In this document: piece after piece, positions 1 to 8,695 of the stretch
How the letters are laid out: the number at the start of each line of letters is the position of its first letter
How positions within the stretch are numbered: position 1 is the first letter of the stretch
Assembly (NCBI GenBank): GCA_900553405.1
Contig: USDF01000002.1
Location: 1 to 56,351, forward strand
Length of the DNA: 56,351 bases
Direction: 5' to 3'
Origin: an uncultured Clostridium sp.
Lineage (GTDB): Bacteria; Bacillota; Clostridia; TANB77; CAG-508
Made by a program: the position numbers and the translations under genes
Notes under the pieces: generated by a model
What the model saw: the letters and a program-made list of their open reading frames with translations, nothing else
What the model was told of the DNA's origin: nothing
Databases searched by the model: none

Positions 1-59
1 TAACCTCTCATTTCTTACAAACATTTATAAATTCTTTAAATAATTTCATTCATATTTTT
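1..59. repeat. Direct repeat copy A of a 58/59-nt duplication (partner 1312-1369)
   Basis: 1-59 matches 1312-1369 base for base except one extra A (taaataattt vs taaatattt). Similarity ends at 60/1370. The content is the last codons of the C26 amidotransferase gene plus the nitroreductase RBS region. Confidence 0.85.
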
Positions 60-163
60 TTAAATTCTATCATAAGATATAGAAAAAATAAAGCATATAA
101 TAAGTTAAATTATTATATGCTTGTATTGTACTTTTTCTATGCTTTCAAAATATTATTTTTTAG

Positions 164-694
164 CTATCTCCATATATCTCTATTAATGTGACTTGTCAAA
201 GCCATAATAAATGCATTTCTTGTTAAATCTATTCTTGATACTTCATTTTTAGTTAAAAAACTAATTCCACCTTTTCCTTTATTAAGACCTTTTTCACTAA
301 ATATTTTATCCATAACTTTTCCAAGTTCAGTTTCTTTTATCTCATCTATGTACTTGTCTGGAATAGGGAAACCTTGACTTGTCCCTACACTTTGAAATCC
401 TTTTGAATCTTCTATAACTACTGCATTTATATCAATCCACTCTCCTAAAAGATTTGTAATTCCTGCTTCACTTGAAATATAAAAATCCGCTTCTATCTTA
501 TTATTTATTGCATATTCTTTTAGATTTTTTACTCTATTTTTTGCTCCTTGAAGTATTTCTTCATTTATTGGTTGATCTCCTACATTTGAACTTACTGGAA
601 CTCCTTCTATTTCAACATTTTCAAAATATTTTTCAAATGCTTGTTTTGCTCCTTCTATTTTACCTGGATTTTTTGTTCCAATTAATATCCTCAT
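164..694 (-). CDS. yjjX: Inosine/xanthosine triphosphatase, YjjX/DUF84 non-canonical NTPase family
   Basis: 176-aa ORF. MRILIGTKNPGKIEGAKQAF at the N-terminus and the SSEAGI core match the YjjX family layout and size. Confidence 0.75.
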   Translation of the reverse strand: MRILIGTKNPGKIEGAKQAFEKYFENVEIEGVPVSSNVGDQPINEEILQGAKNRVKNLKEYAINNKIEADFYISSEAGITNLLGEWIDINAVVIEDSKGFQSVGTSQGFPIPDKYIDEIKETELGKVMDKIFSEKGLNKGKGGISFLTKNEVSRIDLTRNAFIMALTSHINRDIWR

Positions 695-748
695 TTTCTC
701 TATATCTCCTTTATATTTTATCTACATATATAATTTTTATTTTCTATT

Positions 749-1309
749 TTAATACCACTCTAAGATTTCTTTTATATCTTTTCTAGGTCTTTGTTTAGGA
801 GTTTGATTTGGATAACCGATAGAAATTGCTGAAACTAATTCCATACTTTCGTATCCTACTAATTTTGCTATTTCTTTCTCGATATACGTTGTATCTCTTA
901 TCCAAAGTGAGCCTAATCCTAAATCTGTTGCTCTTAAGCAAATATTTTCTATAGCTCCTCCTATTGAAAGTGTATCTCCTATAATCCAATTATCTTCATG
1001 TTCTTTAAAAACTAATATTAATATAGGTGCTTCTTTTATTATTTTTGCTGTTGTTATAACACTACTATTAGCATTACATATCTGATCTTCTAACCTTTCT
1101 TTTGAATCTTCTTCATTTTTTATCATAACATCTGCAATTTTATCTTTCGTACTATTTTTTACTATTAAAAATTTCCAAGGTTGTCTATTTTTAGCTGATG
1201 GTGCTAATCTTGCACACTCTATTAGATCTTCTATTAATTCATTTGGCACATCTTCATTTGTATATTTTCTAATACTTCTTCTATTTTTTATTGCTTCTTC
1301 TAATTCCAT
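749..1309 (-). CDS. Nitroreductase family protein
   Basis: 186-aa ORF. RRSIRKY near the N-terminus, PSAKNRQPW and C-terminal AISIGYP are typical of the FMN nitroreductase fold. Confidence 0.8.
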   Translation of the reverse strand: MELEEAIKNRRSIRKYTNEDVPNELIEDLIECARLAPSAKNRQPWKFLIVKNSTKDKIADVMIKNEEDSKERLEDQICNANSSVITTAKIIKEAPILILVFKEHEDNWIIGDTLSIGGAIENICLRATDLGLGSLWIRDTTYIEKEIAKLVGYESMELVSAISIGYPNQTPKQRPRKDIKEILEWY

Positions 1310-1311
1310 TT

Positions 1312-1369
1312 TAACCTCTCATTTCTTACAAACATTTATAAATTCTTTAAATATTTCATTCATATTTTT
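1312..1369. repeat. Direct repeat copy B (partner 1-59)
   Basis: See copy A. This copy spans the real 3' end of the C26 gene and the RBS of the nitroreductase gene. Confidence 0.85.
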
Positions 1370-2005
1370 GTCTTTTGTATATAAACTTTCAGGATGAAAC
1401 CTTACTCCTATGTAAAACTTTTTATCTTTAGATTCAATAACATCTGGATAACCATCTTCACAAAATGCTACTTTATCTAACATTGGACAATTTTTTATTG
1501 TTCTTTTATGTCTAGAGTTTACCATCAACTCTTCCGTTTTTACTATATTATAAAATTTTGAATTTTTATCTATCTTAATATTATGAACATACTCATCAAA
1601 TGACTTATCATGCTTTTCTGGATTAGAAATTTCATAAGTCGTACCACCTAAAGCCCTTGCAACATTATTTTGTCCTGCACATATTCCTAATATAGGTATA
1701 TTGTTGTCATAACAATATTTAGCAATTATACTTTCATAGTTATCTGTCTCTGCTCCACCCTGCAATATAATTCCATCACATAACTCAATTTGAGCAATTA
1801 AATTTTCTTTTTCTTCTTTAGACAGATTATCTTCCCATTCATCACCACTATAATTAATTTGTTTTTCAGTAGGCAAAATTCCAATTGCTATACCTCCATT
1901 ATCAAATATTGCTTGCTTTACTTCGTCTCTTATAAACGTATCTGTTCTATTTGTTTTATATGTAGCATAATGTTTTGATAAAATGCCAACAATTGGTTTA
2001 TTCAT
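1319..2005 (-). CDS. Peptidase C26 / gamma-glutamyl-GABA hydrolase-like class I glutamine amidotransferase
   Basis: The ORF track gives 1319..2056. I prefer the ATG at 2005, which is preceded by AAGGAG. GICAGQN (nucleophile elbow) and RFHPE motifs are present. Confidence 0.8.
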   Translation of the reverse strand: MNKPIVGILSKHYATYKTNRTDTFIRDEVKQAIFDNGGIAIGILPTEKQINYSGDEWEDNLSKEEKENLIAQIELCDGIILQGGAETDNYESIIAKYCYDNNIPILGICAGQNNVARALGGTTYEISNPEKHDKSFDEYVHNIKIDKNSKFYNIVKTEELMVNSRHKRTIKNCPMLDKVAFCEDGYPDVIESKDKKFYIGVRFHPESLYTKDKNMNEIFKEFINVCKK

Positions 2006-2095
2006 ATTAATATCTCCTTTATTCTTATCTATATTGATATTCCTTGTCAATTCCACTTAGTGAACTATAAATACTTATAATTAGTTAAATGCATT

Positions 2096-2584
2096 TTATT
2101 CGATAATTCCACCAGAACAATGAAGTTCATAAATTAAAATGTCATTTTTATAAATCTGTTCAATTCCATCAAAGTTTTCTACTGTTCCTGTTGTTTTAAA
2201 TATATATGTATATCCGTTATTTTCATATTTTCCAGGTCCTCTTACTGGAATAACATTTTTATCTTCTCCTACTTTTATTAGTGCAGGTCTTAAAGCATTA
2301 TCCATAGCCTCTTCTCCAAGTGTTTTATCCAAAGTTACTCCATAATAATTCATTCCCCATATTGGTTTATTACTATTGCGATATACAACTTCTTCTCCCA
2401 TAAATTTAGTTCCACCAAAATAAGTATCATGATAAGTATAGTTATTTCCTTCAATATTTGTTTCATAATGATAATCATTTGATCCTAATCTACTAGAGTC
2501 AACTTTTTCAACTGTACTATTTGCATAAGTTCCTTTTTTGGCACTTATTAAAAAATCAATAAAAGTATTATCAATTATATTCAT
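2096..2584 (-). CDS. Conserved hypothetical protein (possibly DUF5680 family)
   Basis: 162-aa intact ORF. The YHDTYFGG...WGMNYYG pattern resembles what I recall of DUF5680. The family name is uncertain. Confidence 0.5.
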   Translation of the reverse strand: MNIIDNTFIDFLISAKKGTYANSTVEKVDSSRLGSNDYHYETNIEGNNYTYHDTYFGGTKFMGEEVVYRNSNKPIWGMNYYGVTLDKTLGEEAMDNALRPALIKVGEDKNVIPVRGPGKYENNGYTYIFKTTGTVENFDGIEQIYKNDILIYELHCSGGIIE

Positions 2585-2593
2585 GTTTGCCTC

Positions 2594-2806
2594 CTAAATT
2601 TTATATTTTAAAGTAACATTATAATCCTCAAATCCATTTTTTGTATAGAATTGTATTGCTTTATCATTTTTAGCTGAAGCTGTTACTTTTATATTTTGTA
2701 TCTTCTTTTCTTTGCAATACTCTTTGAATTTATTAATTAATAATGTTCCTATTCCAGATTTTCTATATCTCCATATAATCACAAATTCTCTCCTAATCTT
2801 TACCAT
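2594..2806 (-). pseudogene. GNAT acetyltransferase, C-terminal fragment only
   Basis: The 70-aa ORF contains only the acetyl-CoA motif A region and tail (YRKSGIGTLL...FYTKNGF). No N-terminal half lies upstream. Confidence 0.6.
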
Positions 2807-2844
2807 ATTTAATGTATCATAGATTTCTTAATTTTACAATGAAA

Positions 2845-3079
2845 TCAACCAATATTTACAAGCATATTTTCTAAATAAATATTTCTAGTATTTGGTTTTT
2901 GTCCAAAAATTAATACATAATCATAATTTTGTAACATTTTTTTCTTCTATTTGATTACTACTTACTTCAAAATTATTTTCTAAATATAAAATATCTTGAT
3001 TATTTTTTTCTTTTATATTATCTAATAATATTTTTGCTGAATTATCATTTTCTTTAAAACCTGCAACTAATATTTTCAT
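2845..3079 (-). pseudogene. Peptidase C15 (pyroglutamyl peptidase)-like fragment, frameshifted and truncated
   Basis: GAGG RBS then MKILVAGFKENDNSAKILL. The frame breaks in an 8-A run near 2936-2943. The shifted frame continues YDYVLIFGQKP and then stops. Confidence 0.4.
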
Positions 3080-3087
3080 TTCTTACC

Positions 3088-3662
3088 TCATATTCTATCA
3101 TTTATGGTTACTATACCATAATTTGTTATTACACCTGCATTATGAGCAGCTTCTAATAACATTTGATTCCATTGTTTTATATCTCCACGAATTACTAATC
3201 TTTTATTATATTCATCTAATTGATTAAAATAATCCGCAACTTCTTGTCTTCTAGTTTGAATCGCAAAATAAGTTTGACCTAAAGCAATTACTTCTTTTCT
3301 TGGATCTCCATTTTGTACAATTAGATAACATGCATATCTCGAAAGTTCATAATCTAGTAACTCTCTTACAGTATTACTCCCTATTTCAACCATTTTCCTG
3401 ACCTCAGGAAAATGGTCTAAATTTCAAATCCACTATTGTTACATGCCAATTTTGCTCTATCAATTACTTTAGCAAAATTTTTCCATTTCTTGTATTGTAA
3501 AACTTCACTTAGTTCTCTTGCATTCCAATATTCTGTTCCATCTTCTCTAATCTTTTTTATTTCTTCAAAATTTTTGTATTCTTCTGCTTGTAAATTACTC
3601 AATATTATCATCTCCAATATTTTAATTTTTATAATTATATTAAACATTTGTTTGTTGTTCAA
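3088..3662 (-). pseudogene. dinD: DNA damage-inducible protein D (DinD), frameshifted and C-terminally truncated
   Basis: Two ORFs (3417..3662 and 3088..3393). The lower frame extends upstream to read LDHFPEVRKMVEIGS, which follows ...NSGFEI of the upper ORF, implying a 1-nt loss in a T run near 3420. RYACYLIVQNGDP and GQTYFAIQTRRQE are DinD hallmarks. The protein ends about 100 aa short. Confidence 0.8.
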
Positions 3663-3714
3663 GCATTTTTAGATAAAAACTAATTTTTTATAATAAAAAA
3701 GCCCAGAACTTAAT

Positions 3715-3900
3715 CTAGACATTTTCTATTATTTTCAACTTATTTACAGTTTCTCTCAGTTCTATATATTTTCCTTTTACAGATATATCCGCAAAATTAA
3801 TTAAACCAATTATTTTATTTTTGTTATGCATATGTGTTTCTTTTTTTCTTATAAATTTTGTTTGAGCTTTTATTTTGGATTTTATTTTATTTGGTATCAC
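3715..3900 (-). CDS. Hypothetical 61-aa ORF, possibly another gene remnant
   Basis: Open frame only. No recognisable motif and no clear RBS. Confidence 0.25.
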   Translation of the reverse strand: MIPNKIKSKIKAQTKFIRKKETHMHNKNKIIGLINFADISVKGKYIELRETVNKLKIIENV

Positions 3901-3931
3901 TAATTAAATTCATCAAACATGTCTACATTAA

Positions 3932-4630
3932 CTAAATATGATAGAATTTGACTAGTAGGCGCCCTGATGGTAGATGGTTTGTATTCTTTATTTTCTTCAA
4001 ATTTAAAAACTCTTGTATTCCATCTTCTACAATCACACTATCTTTTTCATAATTTACTGATATTTGCTTTGATTCTTTATCATATACATATCCTAAACAT
4101 CCATTATATCCAATTAATTCGCCTCTTTTTAGTTTCATTTATAAGCCTAATTTTACATGAGAAGATATATTTTCACTTTCTTGTTGTGCCATCACACTCA
4201 TTACAGTTAACATTATTTCTCCTGATAGTTCTAAAGTATTTATGTGCTCTTCTTCAAAATATATTGTTATTCCTTTTTCTTTTAATATTCTTACATATTT
4301 TAAAGTATCTACTGTATTTCTTACAAAACTTGATATTGATATTGATTTTGTTATTATCATATCAAATTTATTGTTCGTAGCATCTTGCATCATTTTCATA
4401 AAGCCATCTCGTTTGTAGTCTAAAGTTCCTGTGATTCCTTCATCTGCATAAATTCCAACATATTTCCAATTGCTATTACTTTTGATTTTTTCTTAATAAT
4501 ACTTTAGTTGAGAATTGTAACCGTTTATTTGTTCTTCTTTTTCTGTACTTACTCTTAAATTACCTCTTATTTCTTCTCCTGTCGTTCTATTAATTCGACC
4601 TTTTTTCTTCTCTATAACTTGTACTTTCAA
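3932..4630 (-). pseudogene. Large serine recombinase (resolvase/invertase domain), dead copy
   Basis: TTG start after AGAGAGG. LRVSTEKEEQ, YVGIYADEGITGT, ITKSISISSFVRNTVDTLKY and MAQQESENISSHVKLGL match the serine recombinase catalytic domain. In-frame TAA stops at 4493-4495 and 4139-4141. The protein is truncated after about 230 aa. Confidence 0.85.
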
Positions 4631-4929
4631 ATTTAACCTCTCTTTCTCAAGTTTAGAGAATCTTTATGTGCTTATTATACATCAAAGTATTATTTTTTCA
4701 AATACCTATATGAGTTAAATTATATTCTTGTAAAATATTTTTCTTTAATTCTAAATCTCTCTCTTCTTTAATCAAATTTGCATCAAAAGTTTTGTTTAAT
4801 ATTGCTATTTTAATACTACAATTAAAGATATTTTAATTTAGTTTGATGTTTTTTGTATTATTAAAATTGATTTCGTACAACATAAAAATCCTCCTTGCTT
4901 GAATTAAATTTCAAAAAAGGCAACAAAAG

Positions 4930-4945
4930 AGCCAGCCGGCTGGCT
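4930..4945 (-). terminator. GC-rich 16-bp perfect palindrome, possible terminator
   Basis: The palindrome is agccagccggctggct. On the minus strand it is followed by cttttgttgcctttttt. It lies about 235 nt after the stop of the 666-aa gene. Confidence 0.35.
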
Positions 4946-5180
4946 TCGACTGACTTACTTTACATTTTTTGATAATCCGATTATATTATTATGTTTTTCT
5001 AAAATCAATTCCGTTTTATTTTCCTTTTTTCTATTAAATTTTTAATATTTACTAATTTATGATACTAGTTCACTGGGTGTATTTTTACATCACTTTTTTT
5101 CTCTTTGATTAATACTAGAAAGCTTGCCTTCTATGTGTGATGGCATTGCGTTAAGCATGCTATCCTGCCTTTAGTAAGAA

Positions 5181-7181
5181 TTATTTTTTCTTTATAAATT
5201 CTTCTATTGTGTTGATTAATTCTTTTGCTTCGTTAGTTACTTTTTCTTCATATTGAAAGTTTGGATCTTTGCTCCATTCTACCACACATTTATAAAATTT
5301 TAGCTTATCATATAAGAATCCATTTTTTAAAAATCCTTCTTCTCTACCAGTAATGCCTTTTAGCTGTCTCCTATTAAACTTTTTTAACAATTTATCATTT
5401 ATATACTTACCTAATTTTTGCTTTTTATATTGGTCATATTGTATATCCAAATCTTGCATTAATTCATCAGTAATTAATTCTTTCTTTATTCCCTGTTTTA
5501 TATATATTTCTATTACTTCTTTTGGAAAAAGATTTTCAACTTCTCTCACTTTTAATTTATATATATTTCTCCCTAATTTTTTAGAAAGCTTTTTAAAATT
5601 CTCGCTTTTGGCTTTTTTATCTTCTTCAAACATATTATCATCGTCTAAAATAACCATGTATTTCGGATTTATCTTTTTAGCTTTAACAATAAAATCTTTT
5701 ATTTGTTCCTCTTGATTACTCGAATTAAAATCTATTAAAGTCATATTTTTACCACCATAGGGTATAAAACAATAGTCATAATCCTCCATATACTTTTTTG
5801 AATCTTCTATATTTATGTTTTTAAGATTTAATAATAATCGGATATAAAAAGCATCATACTTTCCCTCTACCCATATTGCTTTATTAGCTATTAAAACACT
5901 ACTTGCTTCAACTCCCAATTCCTCAATAACATCATAATACTCTTCATTTTTTTCACTAATATTAATTTGATTATTTTCTTTTTTACACAAATATATTAAA
6001 CTATTTTTATTTTCTCTGTTTCCTATATCAATTAAATTATTAGAATGTGTTGATAATATGAAAACACATTTCTCAAATTCTTTAAAGTATGTAATCATAT
6101 TTATAAATAATCTTTGGAAACCTGGATGAAAATTATTTTCTGGTTCTTCGATAAAAAACATTTTATAATTATTTTTATCACATTCCATAAATATAGTGTA
6201 CATTATTATTAAGAGTGATGTAATACCATCTCCTACTTGATATATAAACTTATCTTCTTCATCATTTATATTAATTTTTAATTCAAAAGTCTCTTCATCT
6301 GGTATAATCGATACATTATCACCATTAAAAAAATTATTGGATAAAAATTTTTCAAATCTATCTACTTTTTCTCTCTTGTCTTTTGTTCCCAGTAAATTTT
6401 TCTTATAATCTTGATAAAAATTTAATCCTGTAACAATCTCAATATCACTCTCAAACTTATATTCAGAAATAATTCTCTCTTTATATATGTCTATTTTTGC
6501 TTCATCATTATATAAACTTTTGGTATCTTTTAATGGATGTCGTATATTCCTTAAAATTGGAAAATAATATCTCTTTATTTTTTCTTTTTCAGTAAGTGTA
6601 TTCATTTCAAATCCCAATTTTACTATATCTTTTTCATTTAAATTTTCTAAATTATTCACTAATTTTTCTTTTAAGTCTTTTAAAATATCCAATTTAATAC
6701 CTTTGTATTTAGGTATAATTTCTGTATCTAATTTAAATTTTTGGTTTTGCTTTATGTCCAAATAATCAAATAAAGGTTGCATTTCCTTTAAAAGCTCATG
6801 TTCATTTTCATAATCATATGATTTTTGGTTATTAGAAATATATCTTGAATTAGAATCTTTTTTTGAATCATATGCTTTATCAAGTAAAGTTATATATTTT
6901 TTATATCTTTCACTCAATGCCTTTATATTAGTATTTTCTATTCTATCCAAAAGTTCAAAATTAATTTCGTTAGATAAAATTGCCTGTTTCAAATCATTAA
7001 TTAATTCAATTTCATCATTATATATCTTAATTGCATTCATTAGCAAAAATCTTAAAAAATAACTTTTTCCACTATTATTTTTTCCCACCAGAAAATTAGT
7101 TTTATCTACCTTTAATAAATAAGTTGATTCATTATCTATATTAAATTTATCTAATATATTTTCTCCCAATAATAACCACAT
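5181..7181 (-). CDS. ABC-type (AAA_15/21-like) ATPase fused to a Toprim/DUF4435-like nuclease domain; OLD family, PARIS AriA-AriB-fusion-like
   Basis: Walker A is VGKNNSGKS and there is a long helical insertion. GDGITSLL is signature-like, Walker B is MFFIEEPENNFHP and the H-loop is LSTHS. The C-terminus has WVEGKYDAFY, MVILDDDN and REVENLFP acidic motifs. Confidence 0.65.
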   Translation of the reverse strand: MWLLLGENILDKFNIDNESTYLLKVDKTNFLVGKNNSGKSYFLRFLLMNAIKIYNDEIELINDLKQAILSNEINFELLDRIENTNIKALSERYKKYITLLDKAYDSKKDSNSRYISNNQKSYDYENEHELLKEMQPLFDYLDIKQNQKFKLDTEIIPKYKGIKLDILKDLKEKLVNNLENLNEKDIVKLGFEMNTLTEKEKIKRYYFPILRNIRHPLKDTKSLYNDEAKIDIYKERIISEYKFESDIEIVTGLNFYQDYKKNLLGTKDKREKVDRFEKFLSNNFFNGDNVSIIPDEETFELKININDEEDKFIYQVGDGITSLLIIMYTIFMECDKNNYKMFFIEEPENNFHPGFQRLFINMITYFKEFEKCVFILSTHSNNLIDIGNRENKNSLIYLCKKENNQINISEKNEEYYDVIEELGVEASSVLIANKAIWVEGKYDAFYIRLLLNLKNINIEDSKKYMEDYDYCFIPYGGKNMTLIDFNSSNQEEQIKDFIVKAKKINPKYMVILDDDNMFEEDKKAKSENFKKLSKKLGRNIYKLKVREVENLFPKEVIEIYIKQGIKKELITDELMQDLDIQYDQYKKQKLGKYINDKLLKKFNRRQLKGITGREEGFLKNGFLYDKLKFYKCVVEWSKDPNFQYEEKVTNEAKELINTIEEFIKKK

Positions 7182-7194
7182 ATTACTCTTCCTT

Positions 7195-8043
7195 TTATTT
7201 ACATTTTATTATATTTTTTATTCTTTCTAACACTTCCATCGTATCCTCATAACTAATATCTTCTGCATAACTAAACTTACTCTGATAATTCTTCCAATGT
7301 TCTTTCAAAACATCACTTTCTTTTATAACTTCCATTATCTCATCTATATGCTTTAATTTATCTATCGAATCTCTATATTCAAATTTCTTTACAATAGCTT
7401 GTCCTAGTAATCCTTTATCAAAATTTTGTTGTTGTGTAGTCCAAAGTATATAGATATCATAAAAGTCCCTTGCTCTTGTTGTATCAACATTTCTCGATAT
7501 AATTGTTTCAAATTTATCTGCTATTACAGTTTCCATATTATATGCAAGTATTTCTATAGAACGATTTTCAAACATCAAACCAAATTTATAATTTACTTCT
7601 TTAGGTACAATAACATCTCCTGTTGTTATATCTAATTTCATTGGTACAACTAATTTGTCGAATTTAGCATTTAATGAAACTCTATATCCTCCATATTCAT
7701 CTTCTTGCCTTATTTCCTTTATATTTAAAAATTCAAAATCAACTCCATCATCTAAGTTTATATTGAATATTTCATTTAATATATTTTCTAGGTTGTCTTT
7801 TTCTAAATCAAATCCTTTAATTGTTGCATCCATATCTAGTGTATTTCTCATATCTATTCCAACTATGGCTGTTATTAACATTCCGCCTTTTAATACAAAT
7901 TTATATTTGTATTTTGATACTGAAATTCTTTCCAATAGTCTTTCTAGCATATAGTTTTGTAAAATAATGTTTTCATTTACATTAACTTTTGATGACATAT
8001 TTTTTATCCAAGCTTTTAATTGTGCTCTATTTTTAGCTATCAT
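7195..8043 (-). CDS. abiEii: Nucleotidyltransferase AbiEii/AbiGii toxin family protein (DUF1814)
   Basis: 282 aa. LERLLERISVSKYKYKFVLKGGMLI...LDMD is a typical AbiEii N-terminus. The gene overlaps the upstream gene by 4 bp. Confidence 0.85.
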   Translation of the reverse strand: MIAKNRAQLKAWIKNMSSKVNVNENIILQNYMLERLLERISVSKYKYKFVLKGGMLITAIVGIDMRNTLDMDATIKGFDLEKDNLENILNEIFNINLDDGVDFEFLNIKEIRQEDEYGGYRVSLNAKFDKLVVPMKLDITTGDVIVPKEVNYKFGLMFENRSIEILAYNMETVIADKFETIISRNVDTTRARDFYDIYILWTTQQQNFDKGLLGQAIVKKFEYRDSIDKLKHIDEIMEVIKESDVLKEHWKNYQSKFSYAEDISYEDTMEVLERIKNIIKCK

Positions 8044-8633
8044 AGTAACACCTCCAAATATTTTCTTATTTCATCTTCTATATTAAATAATTTTGCATAT
8101 TTGTGTAATCTAATTGAGTTTCTATCTTTTCTTTCTGCATATCTTTTCATCGCATCTGTAAATAAGGCTATTTCGATTCTCTTTTTATTTCTAATAATAT
8201 CACAAATTGTTCTTTCTAAATCATATACTCTTATTTTGTTTCCGTACGGTGTTATCATTTCTGTTATACCAACTTCATACAATTCTTCTTTTAAATAAAA
8301 GAAATCATAATTTTTATTTTTTATAAGTGTATGATTATAATAACTTGGTATAGTTAATTGATATTTTATTGGTGTTCTATCACACAAGTCATGAAAATAT
8401 AAAGCGGTTTCATGCGAGAATATTCCTTTTTTACAAATAGCTTGTGTAATAAAATATTTATCTTCTAATGTATCAGTACTTATATAAATTCCTCTTGCAA
8501 CTCTTTCTATTATTCCTTTTTCTATCATCCTTGTTAAAACTCTGCTATTAATTCCTATTTTTTCAACCTCACTTGTTGTTATAATTCCATTATTCTTTTT
8601 TAATAATTTTTCAATTCTTTCTATATTATCCAT
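8040..8633 (-). CDS. abiEi: Type IV TA system AbiEi family antitoxin (wHTH transcriptional regulator)
   Basis: 197 aa. The N-terminus reads GIITTSEVEKIGINSRVLTRMIEKGIIERVARGIY, a wHTH. The position immediately 5' of abiEii is as expected. Confidence 0.85.
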   Translation of the reverse strand: MDNIERIEKLLKKNNGIITTSEVEKIGINSRVLTRMIEKGIIERVARGIYISTDTLEDKYFITQAICKKGIFSHETALYFHDLCDRTPIKYQLTIPSYYNHTLIKNKNYDFFYLKEELYEVGITEMITPYGNKIRVYDLERTICDIIRNKKRIEIALFTDAMKRYAERKDRNSIRLHKYAKLFNIEDEIRKYLEVLL

Positions 8634-8645
8634 CTTTCTTCTCCT

Positions 8646-8695
8646 TTGTCGGAAACTCTCGTAAATATTATATCATTTACGAGAGTTTCCGACAA
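8646..8695 (-). promoter_or_regulatory. abiE promoter embedded in a 21-bp perfect inverted repeat (putative AbiEi operator)
   Basis: ttgtcggaaactctcgtaaat (8646-8666) pairs with atttacgagagtttccgacaa (8675-8695). The 8-nt spacer reads gatataat on the minus strand, giving TATAAT. TTGTCG lies 17 nt upstream inside the distal arm. Confidence 0.6.

Larger units (their letters stand above)
3715..8695 (-). mobile_element. Remnant of an integrative element / defence island (boundaries uncertain)
   Basis: A dead recombinase lies next to an intact AbiE plus ATPase-nuclease operon, flanked by gene fragments. No att repeats were identified. Confidence 0.35.

Noticed and set aside
472-786. Plus-strand ORFs antisense to real genes (this one and, for example, 3967..4380, 5353..5715, 7655..7954, 12362..12652, 21348..21719, 31111..31479, 34646..35162, 54407..54778, 55157..55510)
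   Set aside because: Their translations are low-complexity and rich in L/F/S/I, they have no RBS, and each lies entirely inside a well-supported gene on the opposite strand. This is the usual mirror-frame effect in AT-rich DNA.
3396-3421. Near-perfect palindrome ccattttcctga-cc-tcaggaaaatgg at the junction of the two dinD ORFs, which at first looked like an inserted element causing the split
   Set aside because: Read in the downstream frame, it encodes the conserved DinD peptide DHFPEVRKMV, so it is native coding sequence. The actual lesion is a 1-nt loss in the T run just upstream.
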